A stretch of 57,522 nt of DNA from Negaprion brevirostris (Eukaryota): positions 35,858,561 through 35,916,082 of the forward strand of contig JARDVH010000031.1 in NCBI GenBank assembly GCA_030324005.1, in the 5' to 3' direction. A program made the translations under genes and the position numbers. How positions within the stretch are numbered: the stretch's first letter is position 1; each line of letters begins with the position of its first letter. Below are positions 50,611-57,522 of this stretch, one piece after another. Under the pieces are notes generated by a model that was not told where the DNA came from, searched no databases, and saw nothing but the letters and a program-made list of their open reading frames with translations.

Positions 50611-52634
50611 GTGTGTTATATCACTTTCAAAATAGCTTTCATACACCTTGCTTTTAGAAAAAATAAGAAGTTTCCAAAGTTTTTTTTTTCAGATGCCCAC
50701 ATTTCAGTTGTAGTTTTAGCATATGAACTCATTTCTGTTTGACTTTTAGTTGCTGATTGCTGTGTGGTATTTTCCATAATAATTATATTAATGTCAATAC
50801 TCAGCTCCATGAAAAAAACGTCAGCAGAATTTAAATCTATAATGTTTATAAATTTAATTGTTTGACATTGAATTTTTTTTAACAAGAAGTTCAGTCTGCC
50901 AACAATGGCACTATTGTATTGGCAGTTAAAACCCTGATCACATTTGGTGATTAGTGCAATACTTTCTTCTATTAGAAAATGTTGCCCAGAGGTTCCTGAA
51001 GGGCACCTGATGGCAATGTATTAAAACTCGGTGCACACACTGGTGTGATTTTAGATAACAACTCTATGTCCCTGTTTGAGAGTTTTTAAATCAGATTTTC
51101 ATTGCTGGTTGAATAATTATATGTAGAGATATGAAGGTGATTCTAGCCACACAACTTTCATATAAATGACAAAGCCTGGGTCACACAATGCGAGGTATGA
51201 GGATACATTTTGCCTGTTCACTATTTCACCGTGTAGGAACTTGGCATACAATGAACTAAATAACTGAATATGCTGGTGACAAAATGGAAATTATATCTTT
51301 TTAAAGGAATGTAAGTACCAGTTGTAGCAGTTGACAGTAATTTTCAGACTTTGATTTCGATTTACTGCAAAAACAATATTGTGCATTCTCAACAGTTCAT
51401 TTCTATGCATTCATGATGATCGTTTCTTCATGACTGTACAGTGACTCACTAGCACCTCACTGAGTTGTGAAAGAGTGTTTCACAGGTAATGCTTATGTGT
51501 TATCTGAACCTTGTGGAAAATCTTTCCATTTAAAATACTTCATGCCTTCATCTTCTTCACTTCTCTGAGCAAAGGCAGATTCTGACCTATGGCACTGTGA
51601 TCTCCACCACGAGTAGGGCAAGGAAGCAAGTCCCAAATCCACCCCAACCAGAACACTGTGTCCCTGGCAGCAATCTGATCCACACCAACCACCTAGCAAA
51701 CCAACCCTGCTGCCCCTCCCTTCCTCCCTCCCTCCACCCAGAGTCCAAGGAGTCCAGGTTGCTATGGTAACATACAATAGCCTGGAGCTATTTAGAAGCT
51801 CCAATTTCATTCCCTCGCATGGCCGACCAGGAATCTCCCCTGTATTACTCTCTGCTGTTGCTGTATGTTGGAAGGATTTATAAGTTGATACTGAACCTGT
51901 TTGCCCACACCGTAAATGTATCTAACTCGATTATCATATTCTGGAATGAAACTTGAACCTGGAGTTTCTGTCTCAGAGACAAAAACATAAGCCACTGCGC
52001 TATAAGATCAGCTGACTGAAAATTAATATCCCGTTTAATATTTTTGTAACTGCTCTGTACTATTGCTCTTGTACTATTTCCAGTGTTCTATTATGAATGG
52101 AGGCAACAGCATTTGCTGGAGCAGACGAGTGAAGGAGCAGAGAGACAGATAAGAAATTACCTGTTAAAAACCTGTTTAAATAAGTTTNNNNNNNNNNNNN
52201 NNNNNNNNNNNNNNNNNNNNNNNNNNNNNNNNNNNNNNNNNNNNNNNNNNNNNNNNNNNNNNNNNNNNNNNNNNNNNNNNNNNNNNNNNNNNNNNNNNNN
52301 NNNNNNNNNNNNNNNNNNNNNNNNNNNNNNNNNNNNNNNNNNNNNNNNNNNNNNNNNNNNNNNNNNNNNNNNNNNNNNNNNNNNNNNNNTTGTACTGAGA
52401 TCTTTCTAGGCAGGGAATTTAAGCACACTTTAACATGGGAGTTAAGGAAACAACATAATGACCACTTATTAAGCGTCACAAAGTCTATTCCACGTAAGCG
52501 AGTCACTTCGAAATCATACAGAAACAAAAAAACTAGCGTTTTATTGTGTGTTATCTTTACATCAATTAACTTCCCTATATCTGTAACTGTTTAGCTATAC
52601 TTTTGAACCAGTGCAATTGAACCCAAAACAGAAA

Positions 52635-52938
52635 TCATGCAATCCCTACAGTGCAGAAGGAGGCCATTCAGCCCATCAAGCCTGCACTGACCACAATCCT
52701 ACCCATAACCTCAAGCATTTACCTGCTAATCCCCTGTCACTAAGGGGTAATTTAGCGTGGCTAATCAACCTAACCCGCACATATTTGTACTTTGGGAGGA
52801 ACCGGAGCACCTGGTTAACCTAGACAGACACGGGGAGAAAGTGTAAATTCCACACAGAAAGTCACCTGAGGCCGGAATTGAACCTGCGTCCCTGGCATTG
52901 TGGGCAGCAGTGCTAACCACTGTGCCACTATGCCGCCC
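52635..52938 (-). mobile_element. HE1-like tRNA-derived SINE
   Basis: Same structure as the other copies. Confidence 0.88.
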
Positions 52939-53839
52939 ACATAGTAGGTGTCTCTTGTCCGTTTTGGGAAAATTAAGGTCCTCCCACGGCTGGGTTCACA
53001 ACCAGTCTGAGTTATTTTCCAGTATGTGGTCAGATGCCAAACAAAGTTCAAAGTTAGGTGGCCAGACATGTTGAGAAGAATCTTACCAGCACATCCGCCC
53101 AAGATTCAGGGCGGGCAAGGCTCACAGAATGGCATTCTCCTTTGGTCTTGGGTGGGATCTTATAAGCCTCAGGTGGGCAAGGTGGTAAAATTCTGGCAAT
53201 TTTCTTTATTGTTGCTCACCAGGCCATTCCCACCGTGTCCTTTGGGCAGTCCCAGCTCATATTACTCTGCAGATCTTCACATGAAATGATTTCAAATCCT
53301 TTTCTTTCTGCACCTGCCCTGCCTCCTGTTGCTGTTTCAGTGTGATGCATGCTAGGGAACATAGTGCATGTAACCTGCTTGTTATTCTGGCCAAAAGCAA
53401 GTGTAAAGAGAGGTACTCATCTCAACTCAGCCCACTGCTGTGTCGCAATATGTTAATTTGCTCATTGGTGGTTTTTGACGGGGGTAAATGTTGACCAGAA
53501 TGCTAGAAGAACTCCATGGTTCCTATTCAAACAGTGCAATGGAAACAGGAATAGAGGTGTCAGTATGATATGGTGCTCCTTCAAATTGATGAAGAATTCA
53601 CCCCTCCAGCACTAAGGAAGTAAGGTCAAGTGCAATGGTAAAGGCACTGCCGCTGTGAGTAGTGTCAGGCGACCTTTGAGTCATTTGAAGCCTCTAAATG
53701 GCTTAAAGGGCCATCGAAGGGACTCCTCCCTCCACCACTGATATTTTACCAGCATCAGCATTTTACACTTGCAAACTTGTTTGTGGGCTGGTGGTGCACT
53801 CTCCTGATTGGGGATCCCATACCCAACAGAGGCACTTCC

Positions 53840-54560
53840 CTCACAGCCCCTCACTCCAAATTCTGTACCTATACCCTCCTCCTCCTGAGTGAACACGGAT
53901 ATGAAATATTAATTTAACATCCGACCAATGTCTTCCAGTGCCGAGTACATATTGTCTCTTTTGTCCCTATTGGGACCTACTCTTTCCCTGGTTACCCTCT
54001 TCCCCTTAATATACTTATGAAGTATCTTGGGATTCTCCCTAACCTTACCTGCCGGTGCTTTTTCATGTCTCCTCTTCCTTCTCTGAATTGCTTTCTGAAG
54101 TTCCCTCCTGCACTTTCTATACTTCACTACAGCCTCCGCTGATTTGCTCCCTTTGTACCTGTAAAATCTTCTTTTCTTTCTTATCAAGTCCTGAATATTC
54201 TTAAATATCTTCTGCGTTCTCTGGGTTTGTTGCTGTTACATTTCACCCTAAAAGGAACATGTGGGGCCTGTACTCTCTCCATTTCCTTTGTTGAACTCTC
54301 CATTACTGCTCTGATTTTCCCATAAGAACTTATTCTCAGTCTACCTTGGTCAGATCTTTCCTTATTCTAATAAAAGCTGCTTTCTCCCAATCCAAAACTG
54401 TTTTTAGCATACCATCTTTTTCCATAACGAGCTTAAACTGTACTGTGTTGTGATCATTATCACTAAAATGCTCCCGCACTACCACTTCAAACATTTGTCC
54501 GGTTTCATTGCACAGAATTAGGTCCAGCACTGTGCCTGCCGTTCCTTGTTGGGCCTTCTA
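53840..54560 (-). mobile_element. CR1 LINE fragment (endonuclease end and linker)
   Basis: LDLILCNETGQ..REHFSDNDHNTVQF and ENPKILHKYIKGKRVTRERVGP. Confidence 0.85.
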
Positions 54561-54843
54561 CATATTAATATAAAAAGTTCTTATGAATGTAATTATTCTA
54601 TTATGACCAATATTATAATCTATATTAATAAGAAAGATGAGGGGGCTGTTATCTTCCACATGGAGAAACAGAGTCGATGAGGGGGGGGATGTTAATAAAA
54701 AAATTCTTAAGTGCCAAACAAGTGTGAAAAAGGGAGAGTTTGGNNNNNNNNNNNNNNNNNNNNNNNNNNNNNNNNNNNNNNNNNNNNNNNNNNNNNNNNN
54801 NNNNNNNNNNNNNNNNNNNNNNNNNNNNNNNNNNNNNNNNNNN

Positions 54844-55090
54844 AATACACATCTCTTTAACCTGTGCTTAACCCTGTCTCCACTCACACTCTCTGTACCT
54901 TTAAAATTTGATTACCTGGAAAGACTTGCGTTCCAACCATTATTTTGTAAATTGAGCTTGTGTCTTTATATGCCCTGTTTGTGAACACAACTCCCACTCA
55001 CCTGATGATGGGGCAGCACTCCAAAAGCTAGTGGCGTTTGCTACCAAATAAACCTGTTAGACTTTAACCGGGTGTTGTGAGACTTCTTAT
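54844..55090 (+). mobile_element. Penelope-like element 3' end
   Basis: cacctgatgatggggcagcactccaaaagctag...aaataaacctgttagactttaac; a related copy lies at 56380-56600. Confidence 0.55.
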
Positions 55091-55239
55091 GAAGCAAAGA
55101 GCAGCAGGCGAGGGAATGGAAATCAGAAGAGGCGGTGCTGACATTGAACAGAGTAGCAAGGAAAAGCTTGAGCAGGTGCAGCCTACCAGTCAAGGGGAGG
55201 CCAGAAGAGCACAGTGGGATTCTGAAAGGGGAAGAAAGT

Positions 55240-55530
55240 GCCATCAAAACCTTAGGTGCCCCTCCCAAAAGTCAGCAAATTGTAGATCAGTTATAGGAGA
55301 CTTTGCATATCCAGGCAGTTAGTTGTTTGCTGCCTGCTGTACAATATGACAAAACAAATCGGCCTAGAGTTGGATGAAGAGAGGAACCTAGAACATTTCT
55401 CTTTCTTCGGAGAGGACAGCGGGGAGGAAGAGGAGAATGAAGGTGGTTACTGTAGAGAGCCTAGGATCCAGACATTGGATAAAGGTCATCAAGGCAGTCC
55501 AGGTCTCATGCTGATCAGCAGGCTGGCATG
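55240..55530 (+). mobile_element. Harbinger transposase C-terminal remnant
   Basis: VVCCLLYN followed by an acidic tail (LELDEE..EDSGEEEENE). Confidence 0.5.
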
Positions 55531-56379
55531 ATCACAAAGGTGACCTTTGTGCCACTTGGGTGGCCCCCTCATCAGTGTCTCCACCAACTTCAGCCCTTTC
55601 ATGATATTCCGACATGCTGAATGAGGCCACTGGCTGGGATGCAGTTGGCAAGATTTCCTGTGTTATCAGAGAGACTGAGGAGTCCAGAGTGAGGAAATGA
55701 CAATGGCAAGCTCAGCCTTGTCAACCCTGCAAAATCCACCCGATGAACATCTGAGGGCCTGTGCCAAAATTAGGGGAGAACTGAATCACAAACTGGGCAA
55801 GCAACAATTGACATAGTCATACTTGGATTCCATAAGTATGACTTGGAAATATATGACTGTTCCTTCACTGTCACTGAGTCAAAATCCTAGAACTCCCTTC
55901 CTAGCAGTACTTTGAGTATACATATACCTCAGGGACTGCAGTAGTTCAAGAAGGCAGCTCACCACTATCTTCTCAAGGGATGTGAAGTAAGTGCTGGCTC
56001 AGCCAGCACAAGCCATATCTCATAAATGAATTTTTAAAACATTAGCTTCCAAAATGCTGGTCATTCTGTCAGAAGTGTTGTTCACGGCCATGGTTCTCCC
56101 ATCCTGCAGCCAGGAGGATCCCACAGCAGCAGATACACAAGTGTTCGTGCCCTGCTTGCAAGTCCCAGCGCCAGATTTCCGGCAGTATCTGCACCGCGCC
56201 AAAAATCGGTGTGGAGACACACAGATCATTTAAATGGTCATTTCAATATTATTTAAATAGGATTAGCGGGCCTGCGACTGAATTCTCTAGGCCTGCTAGC
56301 CTCTCCCACCCCACCAGAGTGTTTCACTCCAGCACAGATTACAGTAGCTCCACACTCCCGACCTCACTCCACCATCAGG

Positions 56380-57000
56380 ATAGGTTCCAATTCTTGAGAA
56401 TCTGAAATAAAAACAGCGCAGGTCTGTGCTGTATATGCTCTGTCCGAGGCCAGAACCCTCCATTCACCTGACGAAGAGGGTGTCTCCTCGAAAGCTTGTG
56501 AGTTTATTATCAAATAAATCGGTTGGACTAAAACCTAGTGTTGTCAGACTTTTTACTGTGTTTACCCCAGTCCAACGCCGGCACATTCATATCATTACAA
56601 CCAAGTCATCAGTGTATTCCGGAGTTATCAGTGTTAACTCATCTCCAGACTGGAGTGACCAAATGCAGGCTGGCTGCTTTGTGGAACACCTAGGCTTGGT
56701 CCAAAAGCATGGCCCTGACCTTGCTGCTTATTGCCATGAGAATTTAGCTCCTTGCTCTCATGCTTACATTTCTGTTCTTGTTGTTGGGGCAGTGTTCCAG
56801 TCAAGCCAAACACAAGCTTGAGGGACAGGGTCTCATCTTCAGATAAGGCCCTTTACAGCCTTCTGGGTTCAGCACTGAGTTCATTAACTTCAGACTGTGA
56901 AAAATGTCCTTCATTTTGTTTCCTTCATTTGCCATTTTCCATGCTTTTGCCTTCCAGAGAGAGCTGCCCTTTATTCTGCCGTGAACATTCACTCTAGATC
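56380..57000 (+). mobile_element. Penelope-like elements (terminal repeat plus GIY-YIG endonuclease remnant)
   Basis: FVEHLGLVQKHGPDLAAYCHEN resembles the Penelope RFAEHL..V......PVA.HFN motif. Confidence 0.6.
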
Positions 57001-57077
57001 GGTGCTGTGGTGGGTGGCCCTTTAAGAATCAATCCATAGAGTAAAGGTCATGTGACCCATGGGACCAATCAGGGAGC

Positions 57078-57276
57078 ATAGAAAGAATCACAGCAGCCCA
57101 ACAGTGCAGAAAGAGGCCATTCGGCCCATCGATTCTGCACCGACCACAATCCCACCCAGGCCCTACCCCCATATCCGTACATATTTTACCCACTAATCCC
57201 TCTAACCCACGCATCTCAGGACATTAAGGGGAAATTTGGCATGGCCAATCAACCTAACCCGCACATCTTTGGACTT
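57078..57276 (-). mobile_element. 5'-truncated HE1-like SINE
   Basis: Tail and body present (caacctaacccgcacatctttggact), head missing. Confidence 0.8.
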
Positions 57277-57522
57277 TGGCCTCTTTTAAGGTTGCATGTC
57301 TTTGGACTTAGGGAGCAAGGTGGGGATCACCTTGGTAATGTTTCTGTACTTTGGGTCATTTCAGGAATTGATTGCAGTCACGAGGGTGCAAGCCTCTGCA
57401 TAGCTTTAACCTTTAAATCCATTAGTTGTATTTTACCTAAACTGGTGAACAAGTATCTTTACAAGTGGTTTGCCTCTTTACTACACCCGTTACCATTCTC
57501 GTTTCCTATTACTCTACAACAT

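Overview
Eukaryotic (vertebrate) genomic DNA from a draft assembly with many N gaps. The tRNA-derived SINEs and CR1/L2/Penelope repeats point to a cartilaginous fish, probably a shark (inference). The + strand carries eight consecutive GT-AG exons (13345-50610, 911 nt spliced, open frame) encoding the catalytic domain of a Ca2+/calmodulin-dependent phosphodiesterase, best matching PDE1A; the gene's 5' and 3' exons were not found in the window. Introns are packed with decayed transposons: Gypsy LTR elements (one nested in another), CR1, L2, Rex1, RTE, L1, Penelope, Harbinger/MITEs and HE1-like SINEs. The most unexpected feature is an open, splice-site-bounded exon on the - strand (28446-28693) inside a PDE1A intron. 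It encodes a caspase-1-type CARD domain. No caspase catalytic exons are recognisable, and a plausible short terminal exon and polyA signal lie just downstream. This suggests a nested antisense CARD-only (COP/ICEBERG-like) gene or its relic. Most ORFs in the supplied track are repeat-derived or spurious.
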